Positions 10,991 through 24,528 of a stretch of DNA of 48,228 bases are shown piece by piece; position 1 is the first letter of the stretch, and the number at the start of each line of letters is the position of its first letter. The DNA comes from Welwitschia mirabilis (taxonomy: Eukaryota), in assembly GCA_051453625.1 (NCBI GenBank), contig JBOZIK010000001.1, positions 47,994,801 to 48,043,028 on the forward strand. The letters are read 5' to 3'. The notes beneath the pieces are model-generated. The model made no database searches. It was not told the DNA's origin and saw only the letters and a program-made list of their open reading frames with translations. Made by a program: the position numbers and the translations under genes.

Positions 10991-11675
10991 TCTATCTAAG
11001 CATAAAATCCATCATAAACTTTCTACTACTTATCATTCCTAAACAAATGGCTAAGTTAAAGTAACTAATAGAGAAATTAATAAAATATTAATAAAAATTA
11101 TAAATTTAAAGAAAATAGTTTGGGTTGAAAAATTAAGTGAAGCTTTGTAATCCTATGGAATAGCTTGGAAACATAGTACACGATTTACACCATATGAAAT
11201 GATTTATGGAAAAAAGGGCCATTTTACGAATTAAATTTATAATAAAAATCTTTCAATTAGCTAGAGAACTTAGATGCAAATTAGATAAATCTCATGAAGA
11301 ATGGATAGAAAATATGAATGTTTTAAACGGAATGAAAAAAAAGGCCCTCTTCTGTAAATAACTAATACAACATAATACTAAAGTATATCATAATACTAAA
11401 ATAAGAAAAATTAATTTCAAGTAGGAGATTGAATATTAGTCTTTGAACATAAAAAGATTCATTCAAAACAAAGTAAGAAAAAAATTGGCAAGGGCCTTAC
11501 ATTATAACAAAAATTTTAGAAAATGAAACCATCGAAGTATATGACCCTAGTGAAAAAGTAACTTATCAAATTAATGGACAAAAAATGAGAATGTATTATG
11601 AAAATAGATCTTTACTCCACTATCTAGGAAATCCCTATAGGATGGAAAAAAAAAATGCTTCCACTCAACTTATAA
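10991..11675 (+). pseudogene. Gypsy integrase core/C-terminus remnant
   Basis: LSTTYHS*TNG*VKVTNREINKIL..WVEKLSEAL*SY..FTPYEMIYGK; GPY/F module WQGPYIITKI (~11487); ends LPLNL* at 11675. Confidence 0.88.
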
Positions 11676-14600
11676 ATATAACTAGATTAGGTAATAACAT
11701 CATAATTATTTCTTTAAAGATAATTTAAACTACCAATTTATTAAAGTTTTTAAAGTAAATTGAAGTGATTTTTAGATTAAAAAAGCTAGCTTTATAAGTC
11801 TTTAATAGTAGATTAGACATCATTCATACCAAAGAGGACCAAAGATGCATCTTCCATCATATGTTAGAATATATTTAAAAAATAAATAAATAAATACATA
11901 CCATAATGTTCTATTGCAAGTGCACTAGGGCAAATATTTCTGAGGGGGCCTTTGATAGTGTAATACGGGATCTGTGAGAATTGCACTAGGGGGTTAGTTG
12001 ATTATAATCTAGATTTGGAAAATCTTATGGATCCTTACTCCTCTAATAGTGATTGCACTCTCCTCATTATAGATAAATAGTAAAGTTTGGATAATAATGA
12101 GTTAAGGAACTATTGTATTCTAAGAGTTATCTGAGACATAGCTAGTTGCTAAGACTAAACATTATCCATTATAACCACTACTATATAATCTAAAATCCTA
12201 TTCTAATATGTGATAAAATATGGGTCAAGGAACCTCTAGTTAAATTTTGGTTACTCATTAAATTTTATTTAGCTAAGGGTAAAATCTGCTTTGTTTTAAA
12301 ATCATTTAGAATTGCTATGTTAATTCGATGAATTGTTTAGGGAAAATTCTCTTTACTAAAACTATTATAATCCTTTATAAATAGAAAATAATTTTAAGAA
12401 AACTTTATTGATAATAATAAATAGAAGATTTATTAAATAAGATAAATTATTACATGATCATAAAAAGAAACTCTCCAAAACATAACAAACTCTAGCTTAA
12501 GAAGCTTAATAGCTGAAGGAAAAAAATAAAGTAACCACATGACTACCCTAAAACTAATTCTTCAAGTAGTTAGAGAATTTATTTTTTCTGCTAGAATGCC
12601 TACTTTTAGAAGATTTAGCATCACTTTCAGAAGGAGGTAATAATTATATCTCACTTAATGATTCTGTCAGCAGGTATGGATGTACATGCTCAAAATTCTA
12701 ATATGGTTCTATATTTCATATCATATTCTCTAAATTCTCCTTATTAAAACTCTAGGTAGCTAAGCTAAGCGTAGGATTAGTATAAAGCAGCTTATCAACT
12801 TTTCTCTCTAATACTTATATTTTCCTAGCTAATTTTCCTAAGAAAACATCATAAGCTAAGCTCTTTTGATTAACCTATTGATGTGGTTTTTTATCCTAAT
12901 CCTCAAATACTCATCCATCAAGTGATAAATCATAGAGCCAAGCTTATAGGGATGATCCCATTCTCAAATTATTTCTTACCATTTTCTATGATGAATTTAT
13001 CCAAAGTGTCTAAGACTCTAGCAGTTGATTTATAGCTGGAAAAAGAGAGAATAGTGAACCTCATTGTCATACTTAATAGTAATTTGAGGTGGGTAGGGTT
13101 TTATACTTCTAGTACACATGTCTATCTAAGTTAAGCCTAGCTTAAAAACACAGTGTTTTACTTTTGTAATACCAGAGGTAGAAATAGGTGAGTAAGGAGT
13201 GGATGCCATAATGATTGAGTACCAAAAAAAAAGAAAAGTTGTTAAATATTATTAGAAGGAAACTTTAAAGCTTAATGTGAAGAATGGTGGAACTCTTTAA
13301 TTAAGGATGACATTTATAAGAAAAAGCGACAGATGTAATTCATTACAAAAGTTTTAGTTACATGTGTTTACTAGTTAAGTAAAGTTAATGATCAAGTTAC
13401 ATACATGTCTTACATCACTTCTTTGAGTGTTAGGTATTCACTATAGATCTCAGTGTTAAAATAGAAAGTAAAGATTTCCTATACTAATCAAGACTCAACC
13501 TGAAGTTGAAACTTAAACTCAATATATAATCAATCTAGTTTTTTTTTTAAATTCCTCATAGTTATAAATTGTGAAGAGATTTGCATAAACTAGACTATTT
13601 TAATGATCTCTAGGTGGCAAGCTGAAATTCCACACATTATATAACTTAAGATTTTATCTTACTTATATTAATTATACTTATAGAGATGATGGTTACTTAT
13701 GTTTATAAAAAAATCTTTTTGAATTTTAATAAATTCTTCTATTAAGATTGAGTTATAATTATTTGGTTGACTAATAGTAACTTTAACTATATTTCAAACC
13801 AGCTAGATAAATAAATAAAAACCATCTCTATAAGCTTTAAATTGAAAATGCCTATTTGACTAATACCATCTCAAATTTGAAACTTTGAATCAGATTTTAA
13901 GCTAACTAGATAAATGTAAAATGCATCTTCTTAAGTTTGATAATTAAATACATCTACATAATTCAAGACTACTAGTTGACTGATACTAGCTCAATGTTTA
14001 AACTTTAAGATAAATTTCAAGCTAATACTTTATAACAGGATGAATGAGAGAACTACACTATAATAGGATAAGCCAGTATAAACCCAGAACTAAAATCCTA
14101 GATTTAACCTTTTTCATTAAGTTCTAGAGAACTTAAGAATCTTCAAAAATCCTTTTCAAATCCTTTACAAGCCTTGTAAGCAAGATTCAATGATTCTCAT
14201 AAAAAATGCTTAAGTTTTCTATGATCCTTATTGAATCCTTTATCTATGAAGAACAATGAGCACTTAAATATAAAGATACCTTCATCTTTCCTCTATCTCA
14301 AGCTCATTCTTAATGACCCTCCCACATTCTTGATGACTCTTATTAAGTTTCCACTAATGACTGACTATCACATCACCTTGATTACGTAAGAACTATCTTT
14401 CATAAACCTTTATTTATTAAATCATGCATAATTACATATCATAAATTTGCTTAACATAAATTTATTTGAAATAATTTTAGATGGAGATTTTAAGTTTTTC
14501 TTAACATAAAAAATAAGTATATCCTTACCATTTTTCTTTTGTGAATTATAATTTCTCCCATGCACAATTTCTTTCTTTTAAATGATAGCTTAACTTCATG

Positions 14601-14944
14601 CACAAATAATATGTAAGTCATTTTCCCTTTTGTCATTGTTTTTTCTTATAGCATTCAAGAGCATGCAAGCTTTAACTTTAGGGGTAATAGTAATGGGTAC
14701 TAAAAGTTTTTAAATTTACATTTAGATAAAGAATTCATAGCCAAATATGTAAATATTTTCTATAATTTTGTAAAAAGTTAATTTTTAGAGTACATTTCTC
14801 TAGTAGTTTCTTTTGAAGAGTAGTAGCATGTTCATCAGTTGTTTTTGCTTAAATGGCACTTTATAAATTGCGTAGACTACCTAATGCATGTGAAATTTTT
14901 TCTATTAACATAGAGTTTCAGTCAATATTTTAAGTTTTTTCTAG

Positions 14945-17622
14945 CTTAGAATTATTATAGGAGATTATAAAATAATCACCTTCCTAAATTTTGAAAAAGT
15001 CCTTTTAGATCATTATTTGATAGAACTAAAGAAAAGCATTATTGAATTAAGATGGTGGAAATGGTTAACTTGGATGACAGCTATAATCTAGAGTAAATTT
15101 ATGAATTTTATAAAAAATTAGAATTTGAGAAAAAATTAAATTTATTATGGACAACAATTAATGATAAGAGAATATTAATTTCACAAGAAGAGGTAAGAGA
15201 GATACAACATTCACCCACTGAAGGCAAATTCATTAAAGATACTAACAAGAAAGAGCATACTACGCTAAGCATGGATTTTCTATAAAGGATTGCAATCTAA
15301 GATAGAATACCTCTAGATAAGAATTTGGAGCCTAAATATTTTATTATTTTAAGAATTATGGTAAGTAAATTGGTTCTAATTATTTACAAAAAGAAAAGCA
15401 TTACTTTAGCAGTTTGTACATGATAGCAGCCATTAAAGATAAATCAAATAGATTAAATGTTAACACTATAGAGGAAATATTCTTTAATTTACTAAGGCAT
15501 ATTCCAAAAATGGGGAAGGTTGGAATTGAAGCTTTTGATATAGATGGACTGCAGTTTTCATCTTTAAAAAGGATTTCATTTTAAATAAATAAGTCCTATG
15601 TGGATTTAACTATTTAAATTTTTTTTAGAGTGAGAGGATTAAGCCTTTTGAAATTCATAGAACAATAAGATCTAACTTCAAAAACATCTCAATCAGACCT
15701 AAGAAAACCTTCCTTAATTTCTCAACTCGGTTACCTCCACCTATACGTACGGAACAAGGAGACTCCATATAATTTACTTTTGAAGAACTTCTTCCTACTC
15801 ATCCCTTTCAATTTGGATTATTTTCCAAGGAACTAAAAGATAATAAAATTGATAGTCTCCACAATAATTTAAATTCTATAAAGGATAATATTCAAGCATG
15901 TCTTAAAATGAGAGAATACATGTTAGAATGTTAAAAATTAAAATATTTATTTAAACATTAAAAATGAATTTCTAAGACATCAGTTAAATTAGGAGAAAGA
16001 AAGAACTAACAGACCACAATAGGAAATGAATATATTTATCTCTTAGAAGCATACAAGGCAATAAGCAGGAAATTGCACAGAGCTTATGAGTGAATTACCA
16101 ATTTGGGATCTATGAAAAAAGACTAAAATAATTTAGATGCTTTTCCAAGAGATAGACGTGAGATTTTGATCAACTTAGTTTAAAATCTAGCCTCATCTAA
16201 AAAGCATGATACTGAGTATATGGAGCACAATAAAAATTTATTACATTCACATGTAATGAAGGACCTCTAAATTTAAATAAAGAATTTTTAAAAAAGTTTT
16301 ATTTAGATCTGAGAGGTATGAATGAAAAATATATGAAAAAACACAAAGAGACCCAAGAATATAGACATAACTGGATTGAGGCTAAAAAATCAGTTATTTA
16401 TTATCATCCTATATTAGAGGCTAATAAGAGAGCTATGAATCAAATGGTGGAATAAAATAAACTTTTATAGAGCAGATTATCAAGAAAAATTTCTTCTATC
16501 CACTAGATCCTATAAAATCTAAACTTAATACATATCATCCCAGAAATAAAAGATGGACTAGAAAAAGGAATGAACCTGATCCAAAACCATTTTGAAAGAA
16601 GTCCATAGGTTTAGGATATAAATTCATCTGTAAATTTTACCACTGACACTAAAAAAAATTAAGGCTCAAATTACAAATAGTATTAAATAGTCTTTAGTAG
16701 ATCTGAGAAAGGAGGTCATGATGATATGCTTGAATCTAGTTAAATGATTATTTAAATTTTGAAAAAAGAAAATATGAATTAGTTTATGAATTGCATCTCA
16801 TGGAAGTTAAGCTCAAAACAAGAATTGGCTTTGTGCATGAGGAGCCATCAATTCCTTGAAGCCTTTACTATTACCCCCAAAAATTATATGATTTTATTAA
16901 TAAATTTTAAGAACAACTAAAAAATATCATTCAAAAGACTTCTTAGGGTAATCAAAAATAAATAGAATTATTGATTCTAGCAGAAGGGAGCCTCAACTTT
17001 TGAAAATAGAATTTATGCATAAGAAAGTCAAATATCTACAAGGGAGTCTCAAGACCTTCTCCATGAGATATCAGTTAAATTTTGTAAAATAATAGAGGAA
17101 TGTGAAAAAGATATGAAGCTTTTTGCATTATCCTCTCAAGATCTACAATAATTGTATTTCCTCCAAGATAGAATTGTTCAAAATATAATATGCTTAAAGA
17201 AATCTTTACAGACATTTTTTCTAAACTAGAAAAGAGTAAGACTCTAAAGGTTTATACAATTATAATTAGAAAAACATCTAAAGAAGGATTGAGAATGAAA
17301 TCAATGCCAAAACCATCATATGAACCTTTAAGCACTAAATAAAGGATGTATTCTACTTTAAAATGAAAAGAGATAACTAAAAGCAGCTAAGAGTACCTTC
17401 AAAGAAAAGAGGTTAAGGAAGAAAGGTGGCAACCAAGAGCTAGATAAATTGGAAACCATTAGATACAAAACCAATAGACCTTAATGACCCTACTTTATAT
17501 GAGAAGCAAAGAAAAATTTTAGCTACTTCTGTAGAAGAGAAGAAATTAGCCTAGTTAGTTAAATAGCTAGAAAAATCAAATCTAGTGAAGAGCAGCCTTT
17601 TATTTTCAAGAGAAGAAACTGA
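14945..17622 (+). pseudogene. Extra 3' ORF of Athila-like element (putative plant transposon protein/ATHILA-ORF-like N-terminus plus charged, coiled-coil-like tail)
   Basis: DDSYNLE*IYEFYKKLEFEKKLNLLWTTINDKRILISQEEVREIQHSPTEG (~15074-15225), followed by long E/K-rich decayed frames ending FIFKRRN* (17620-17622). The start is approximate. Confidence 0.6.
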
Positions 17623-17735
17623 AAGAAATAAATTTATATTATTTTTTATACATATTTATTTACGTTATTGAAGAAGTAACAAAATCTTGAACTTGGGTGA
17701 AACTAATGAGTAGAAATGATGATGTCAAGTTTCAT

Positions 17736-18692
17736 TGATAAGAGAATATTTTAATGCCTTAAACTCTATTTTTCAATTAGTTATTTAATACTTCTTTTCA
17801 AGTTATTTAGGTTAACATGTTAGTAAGTTAAAATGTTAGTAGGTTAGCATATGTATTATTCCTTATGTTGCAAATACAAAATGCTAGTTGGCATAAGGAT
17901 GAGAGAGAAGAACAAGGTGGTAGAAACCAAGAAACAACCCAAATGATAAGCTATTTTTAAGGAGCAAAGAAAGGAAATTGTCTAATAAAAAGGGTATAAT
18001 GAAAGAAATAAAAATAAAAGAAAGGAAGGTAGAAGGACCTTTTGACAAAAATAGCTCAAGCAAAAGAAAATCTAAAGAGTCAAGAAGAAAGTTGCTTTGA
18101 ATAGATCTTAAAAAAGGCATAGTCAGCATCTCTAAATCTCCACTATTACCTATAAAGGAAAAACACGTTCTCATAAATACATTTTCTAAACATTTGATGT
18201 ATTTCAATTTAAATGCTAAAAAGCTAATCTTATGAATGAAGGAATTACTTTATGTTCATATTGAAAAGTAGTGTGTTTTATTATTTGATAAAGAAATGTC
18301 ACTTTAATTTGCTTCCATTTGTATATCTAAACATAGATCAGGATATTTAGCACTACTTGGAAATAGGTATTTTTTTAGCATATAGTACAATTCTTGTTAT
18401 GTTTTCCATTTTAATCATTCTTTATAATGTATAATTTGTACATAGTAATCTTATATATTAATCTTCAACCTAAATAATTCAAGTTAAATTAATCAAGAGT
18501 TGATCTTTATGATGTATTTTAAACTAAGCTAGTTGAAGATCTGATGATTTTTACTAGTTCTTTAGTAAACCTTTTGTTTTTAAATTTAACTATTTAAGCT
18601 TACTTTAGATTTAATAGCATCTTAGTTTTCTACATTTTTTAGCGTTAATTTATAATATTTTTAGTATCTATTTCAAAAATAAGCTTTTATCA
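17736..18692 (+). repeat. 3' LTR (~957 bp) of Athila-like family
   Basis: Inverted termini TGATAA...TTATCA; shares blocks with LTR 33896-34813 (e.g. 'actagttctttagtaaacctt'). Confidence 0.75.
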
Positions 18693-19136
18693 ACACCACT
18701 CAAATGCATAAATATAATCCTATCTAATATGGATATTTAATTAATTATTTACCTAAGAAAAATAATTATAAATTTATTAAGTTTATTTTATTATAAACAT
18801 TCATACATAAAAGGAAAAAAAATACATAAGTTTTACTTCATGTATTAAAAGCTAATTGTATTTGAAAAAATATAATAATTGTAATTAAGCTTGTGGAAAT
18901 ATATTCCTTCATTTCACATTAATAATAGTATCTTTTAAGGTAGAGCTAGAGTGAAGGAAGAAGCAAGGATTTGAGAAGTACCTCCTCGGTGGGGGAAAAT
19001 TTAGTTTCAAAGAATCGCAATGTGTAAGGGGTGGTATCCACTACCAGACAAGTGGGTAAGAGGTAAGTTTTAGTTTTATTCCTTTATTTAGCATTAATTT
19101 AAAACAAGATTTAAAGAGGGGCTTTTTACCCTCAAT

Positions 19137-20237
19137 ATGGAGAAGACTCGGCTCTTTAAGGAGGGAAAAACCCTAATCTTAGACATAGAGAAAGATGCAT
19201 GCTTAGAAAAATAAAGAAACTTCAATATAGTTTAATTGACAAGTTTGTTTCATCCAGCACAAGACGAAGACTCAATCTCATTAGAGACTCAATAGTCACA
19301 AAATGGATAGGGGTTAGTAAAGTTAAGGTAATATCCCTATCAAAAGGATTAGTTCTCTTCCAATTTGATAACAAATGGGATCAAGATGAGGTAATCATAA
19401 GAGGACCATGAATTTTCGGAGTTAGAGGGTTAGCCCTAGCTAAATAAATGTCACGGGTGCAATTGAACTTAAATCTAATTAAAAAGCTATCAATATGGAT
19501 TTTCATTCATAATTTTCCTCTAGAATTTTAGGATAAAGAACTATTAAAGAAAATTGCTTCTTAGTTTAAAGAATTAATAAAATTGGATAGGATAAACATA
19601 AAACAAATAAGGTTGCTCCTGGCAAGATATTGTATATCGATAAGTATTAAAAAAACAAAGGAAATTTAATACATGAAGTTTAGATTTAAATGGAGTACAT
19701 ACAATCTCAAAGTCACTTACAAGAACCTTCCAGTTATATGTGAGACATGTGGAAAGTCTAGGCACATCTTAGGAAGATGCATGATAGTAGAAAAGAGATA
19801 TTCCCATTGTGGGAGAAAAGGTTAAAAAAAGGATGAATGCAGAAAATATTTATTAACATCAAAGGAAAATAGAAGAATACATGCTCTTTTTATGATAAGA
19901 GAAGGCATAATCAGAATAATTACTAGTATAAACAAAAGAAAGATAAAATGGTAGAGAACACTACAGTCTATCCTAAAGAAAATAAGGAAAAGATCAAAGG
20001 ATATAATTCCTTTTAACAACTAATGGAGGAAGAGCCTAAAGGTACTCAGCAATGCCAGAATCCAATAAATACAAATGAGTTAAATAATGTTGAAATTCAA
20101 ATGAAGACAAACCTAGTAATAGAATTCTTTTAAACAAGAAAACCACAAAAATGGTGGCCAACAACTCCCAACTAACCAGCAAAGACATGTTGAAAAAAGG
20201 CCAAGGGGCCTCCAGAAAGGGGCAAAAACAAACTTGA
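19137..20237 (+). pseudogene. LINE ORF1 remnant (DUF4283 + zf-CCHC_4)
   Basis: SLIDKF..KWIG..SLSKGLVLFQFDNKWDQDEVIIRGP*IF..IWIFIHNFPLEF* and YKNLPVICETCGKSRHILGRC (~19718-19780). Confidence 0.85.
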
Positions 20238-23200
20238 TGAATTGTCTCACTTGAAGTTATAAGGGATTAGGGTCCTCCTATTAAAAAAAAAATTAGATAT
20301 TTGATCAATAAATTTAATATCAGCTTAGTCTATTTATAGAAAACAAATATGTGAGGTGTTATGAAATTAGATAATTTTTAGAAATAGTGGAACATTTTCA
20401 CCTCTACTATGTGAGGAAACGCAGGAGGTCTTATGACTCTTAAGAATAAAGAGGCAGAACTAGTTAACAGCAGTAAAAATCACTTAACTATATTTCTAAA
20501 AGAATAAGGATGAATCATTACAAATTTTTATGACTCTTAGAACAACCTAAACAAAGCCTCCATGTTGGAGGGCCTTCAGATGGTAGTAGCAGATAAGGCC
20601 AAGTGGCTAATAGTGGGGGATTTTAGTTAATGTCTCCACCATTAGGAGAAAATGGAGGGAAAAAATTAGAACAGTAGGGGAGTAGCAATTCTTAGATATT
20701 TTATGGTATAAAATACTTTATCAGACATACTGCTAATAGGATGCAAGTATACCTAGTCTAATAGAAGGACGGGAGGTAATCAGGTGATGTCTAGGATAGA
20801 CCAAATCCTTGCTGAAAAAGACATAGTAAAGCTTTTAATATAAGCTTGTGTTCTGAATAGAATGGCCTTAGATCATTAGCTAATTATATATAGAAAGGGG
20901 AGATAATGTCTCCTAGAGCCTCTTTCCAAATGAAATAGTATTAGATCACAAGTGCAAAAACCAAAAAGTTACTCGAGAATATCTGAAATTAATAAAATGG
21001 CATTCACCCTTTCACCTTTCTCTATAGAGGCTTAAACACCCTCAAAGCTCATATTAATAATTGGAAAAGGAAGAATAAGAAGAGATTCAAATCAAAAAAA
21101 TAGCTAGAGAAAGAGTTATAGAAAATTCAAGTTAAGCAAGAAGACAAAGAAGGTCAGGATTATATCCATAATAGAGAATATAGATGCCTCATGGAACTTT
21201 AAGAAATAAATGTAAATGAGAAAAATTATTAAAGAGAAAGATCAAGGATTAAATGACTTAAAAGGAGGGATACACATACCAAATTTTTCTTCTAGTAGGC
21301 TAACTATCACAGAGCAAATAACAGAATAAAAAGGCTTATCATTAGGGAATAGGTAATCGAAAATGAAGAGGAAATAACCAAGGAAATGCATATCCATCTC
21401 AAGGAAACATGGGAGTGGGACAATATTACCTATCCCAAAAGATAACAAAATTTCTGATAAGAATAATGCCCACTTAAGTAAACATTTAATCAAAGAAGAA
21501 ATTCAGTCAGCAATGAAATCAATGAAGAAAATATAGCTCTAGGATTACATCGTTGGCTAGTTAAATTTTTCAAGACCTACTTTCCTATTATGTAGAATAG
21601 TCTTCATAATGTAATGCAAGATATCCTTAATAGTAAACACATTCCCAAGGAGATAAATAGAAATAGGGTTATCCTCATCACCAAAAAATAGGACGCTTAT
21701 AGACCAAAAGGCTACAAACCATTAGGCATCTGCAATGTGCTATATAGAATCTTTGCAAAAATAATGATAGGCCATATCACCTCCCTGCTCCCCAAGGTAA
21801 TTTTTGAGAACCAATCTAGCTTCATCTGATTTAGGTACATTCAAGACCAAATTCTCCTAACTCACAAAATTATTCATTTTATTAAAAAGCATAAATTTCC
21901 TTTACTCATTATACAATTAGATATATAAAAGGCTTACAACTCTATTAGCTGATAATATTTAGGTTGTATTCTCAAAAAAACTGATTTCAATCAATACATC
22001 ATTAACTTATGCTTAGATATGTAATCTTCTGCTGAATTTAAATTGAAGGTTAATAGTTATATATCCAAATTTTTTTAGTAGGTTGAAGATTAAGATAAAG
22101 GGACCCTTTATCTGCATACCTCTTTATTTTTGTTATGAATGTTTTATAGGAATTTTTTAAAAGTAATGGAGTTACAAGCATCAAAATAGGAAGTTAAATG
22201 TTTATGAACAACCATGATGTTGATAACACAATTATCATGAATCAAGTCTCTTGCTAGTAAGCCAGAGCTATCAAGAACTCTATGAATCTTTTTGCAGAAG
22301 TCACAAGCCTCCAAATTAATTAGAATAAATTTAGAATTTACCTAGTAGATAAAAGCATAACTAGAAGGGGTGATATCGTCAAAATCCTAAATGCCAAATT
22401 AGGATATCTTTAGGATATCTACTTGGGAATCCCTCTATGGAATTCACATAAAACTCTAACTTGGAATTTCATCCTAGAATTAATCTAGAGGAGATGCAAT
22501 ATCTAGTAGAATAAATTCCTTTTGTCCAAAGCAAATATCATCTTAGTAAATACTTGTTTAATTTCTTCTTTCAAATACATTGCCTCTAATATTGCTCCTC
22601 CCCCTCCTTCCCCCAAAAGTTCATAATCAAAAAATCAATAGAATTTTGAAGACTTCATTTGATCAGGAGGTAAAAATAGAAGACATATTCATCTTTGTAA
22701 ATGGAAGCTTATTACTTGTCCTAAAGATTCAGGAGGTTGGAAAGTCTAAAGGTCAAAGGATTGCCTCCTCATAGGCACTCATAAAGTCCTCAAAAGACTT
22801 TTCATAGGAGGTTAACCTTGGAGTAACCTCATTAACTATAAGTACCCCACTTGAAGTTATGAAGGAGGGGAGTCCTATCTTAGAAAACACCTTTACAGTG
22901 CTAGAAGAAACTTGATGAACCTAAATATTTGTGGTGATGGCATAATCAAAATGATTCTTATCAATAAATATGGAAAAAATGAGACTTACAAAAATTTTTG
23001 AAAGAGACAAATTCTAGATAAAATTAAGATCTTTTGTTGGCTAAAGGATCATAACTGAATTCTCACCAGGGACTAACTTCTCAAGTATGGCATTAAAGTT
23101 AATTCTAACTATCCAATATGTCAATATTGTTAAGAAGATGCTCAACATCTTCTCAAATCAATGCAGATGAAGCTTAGAATTAATGATAGTTATGACAAGT

Positions 23201-23309
23201 TATTAGTGGTAGATTTGGTGCACTCACAATGAAGTAATATTCAATAATGTTTCACTTCCATTCATACAGCAAGAAAGATTAAATGGTATCATTTCCACAT
23301 AGGGCAGCA
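20237..23309 (+). pseudogene. LINE ORF2 remnant (EEP endonuclease, RT, zf-RVT)
   Basis: MNCLT*SYKGLG start; WLIVGDF (~20604); YT*SNRR..SRIDQIL; RSRIK*LK..DTHTKFF; YKPLGICNVLYRIFAK; LDI*KAY; DPLSAYLF; YLGIPL; W*IWCTHNEVIFNN. Confidence 0.92.
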
Positions 23310-24528
23310 ATGGAGCAACTCTAACAATTAAACTATTAGATCCAGACTCATTAGAAGGGTGTCCTATGCTCTAAGACAAGGTATAGGATGGGGAGATCTC
23401 CTACACAAGTTAAAAGAAGAACCTAAGGCTGATATCACCTATTCTACAAAAGATGGAGAGGGAAAAGAGCCACAATCAGAAGAGTTTTCATCGACACTAC
23501 AAAAGACTACATTTCTCACTTTTGGACATTCCAATGGTAGGGAAAAGAATCCCCCTTAAGAGAAGAAAGTACTGGAAGCCTCCTACTTCTTCCCAGGTAG
23601 CATTCCAAAACTAGCTAGTCATTATATTAGTCATAAGATGCTTTTGCCCCCATGGGGCCTAGGGGTTAAGATGATATATCGCTACTTTATTCACTCTTGC
23701 TATTGTTCAAAACTGTCAGGGCTGCATTTCACCTTTCTCAAGGCCTTAGACTTGGGGTATCAAGTTAACCTTCCCCACTTCTCTATTCAAGTGCTTCAAC
23801 AAAAAGATTCAACGAGGCATTTAGGACTAGTTATAGCTATTTAAAAGACTACTAAGGACCAGAGGATAAGAAAGGCCCCTTCTCCCCCTCCTCCTCAGTG
23901 ATAGAATTTAGTGGAGACTTCTTCTAAGAAAAAAAAAATCAAAGAAAAGGACAAAAACTAATGAGGATTCTCATTCCGAGAAGGATTTCAAGTAAAGAAG
24001 CCCCCATTCTTAGAGAGAGATGACTCTGTCCTTGGAAGTCCAAGCAAAGAAGGAGATCTCATCCCCAATGTGAAAAGAGATAATTCAAGAAGACTCCCCA
24101 GCTGAAGCCAAGGATCAGCATCAAAGACCTCTAGAGCAAGGCCAAAAGACCCCCTCTTAGAAGGTAGAAAGTAGTTTCAATTATAGTTAGGAGTTAAATT
24201 GCTACTTCCACTTAGGTTCCTCCCTTAAAGATTAAAATTAAGATCCCCGTAAAGACATTGACATGGATCACGCAAAAACAAAAGTCTTACTAGCTACCAG
24301 TCATGGTCTAAAAATATGCCCCTTATTGACCCTAGGAGTTTCACATAGATCTTACCTGTAAGCCATTAATTTAAATTACCAAAAGAATGCTCTCAAGGCA
24401 AGAACCAAATAGTAGCTAGGTAGTTTAAGGAAGTAAACCAGGCATTTGAGGTATCAGTAAGTGAAATAGGTCGCTTTCTGGTTAAGCACCATCACAGTAA
24501 CCTCTCACCTAATTATAGGGGATATTAA
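23310..24528 (+). pseudogene. LINE extra ORF ('ORF3') copy B with C-terminal J-domain
   Basis: GWGDLLHKLKEEPKADIT..PPWGLGVKMIYRYFIHS..QVNLPHF..RHLGLV; the C-terminus reads ICPLLTLGVSHRSYL*AINLNYQKNALK[10-nt deletion]KNQIVAR*FKEVNQAFEV..PNYRGY* (stop 24526-24528). Confidence 0.82.

Larger units (their letters stand above)
10991..18692 (+). mobile_element. 3' half of Athila/Tat-like Ty3/gypsy element: integrase C-terminus, long spacer, extra ORF, 3' LTR
   Basis: Integrase to 11675, spacer similar to 45855-46490 and 46880-48100, extra ORF ~14945-17622, LTR 17736-18692. May contain further nested fragments at ~13000-14450. Confidence 0.75.

Noticed and set aside
20200-20245. TGATG stop-start coupling of LINE ORF1 and ORF2
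   Set aside because: TGATG is present at 20235-20239, but frameshifts prevent establishing that this TGA is the ORF1 stop.
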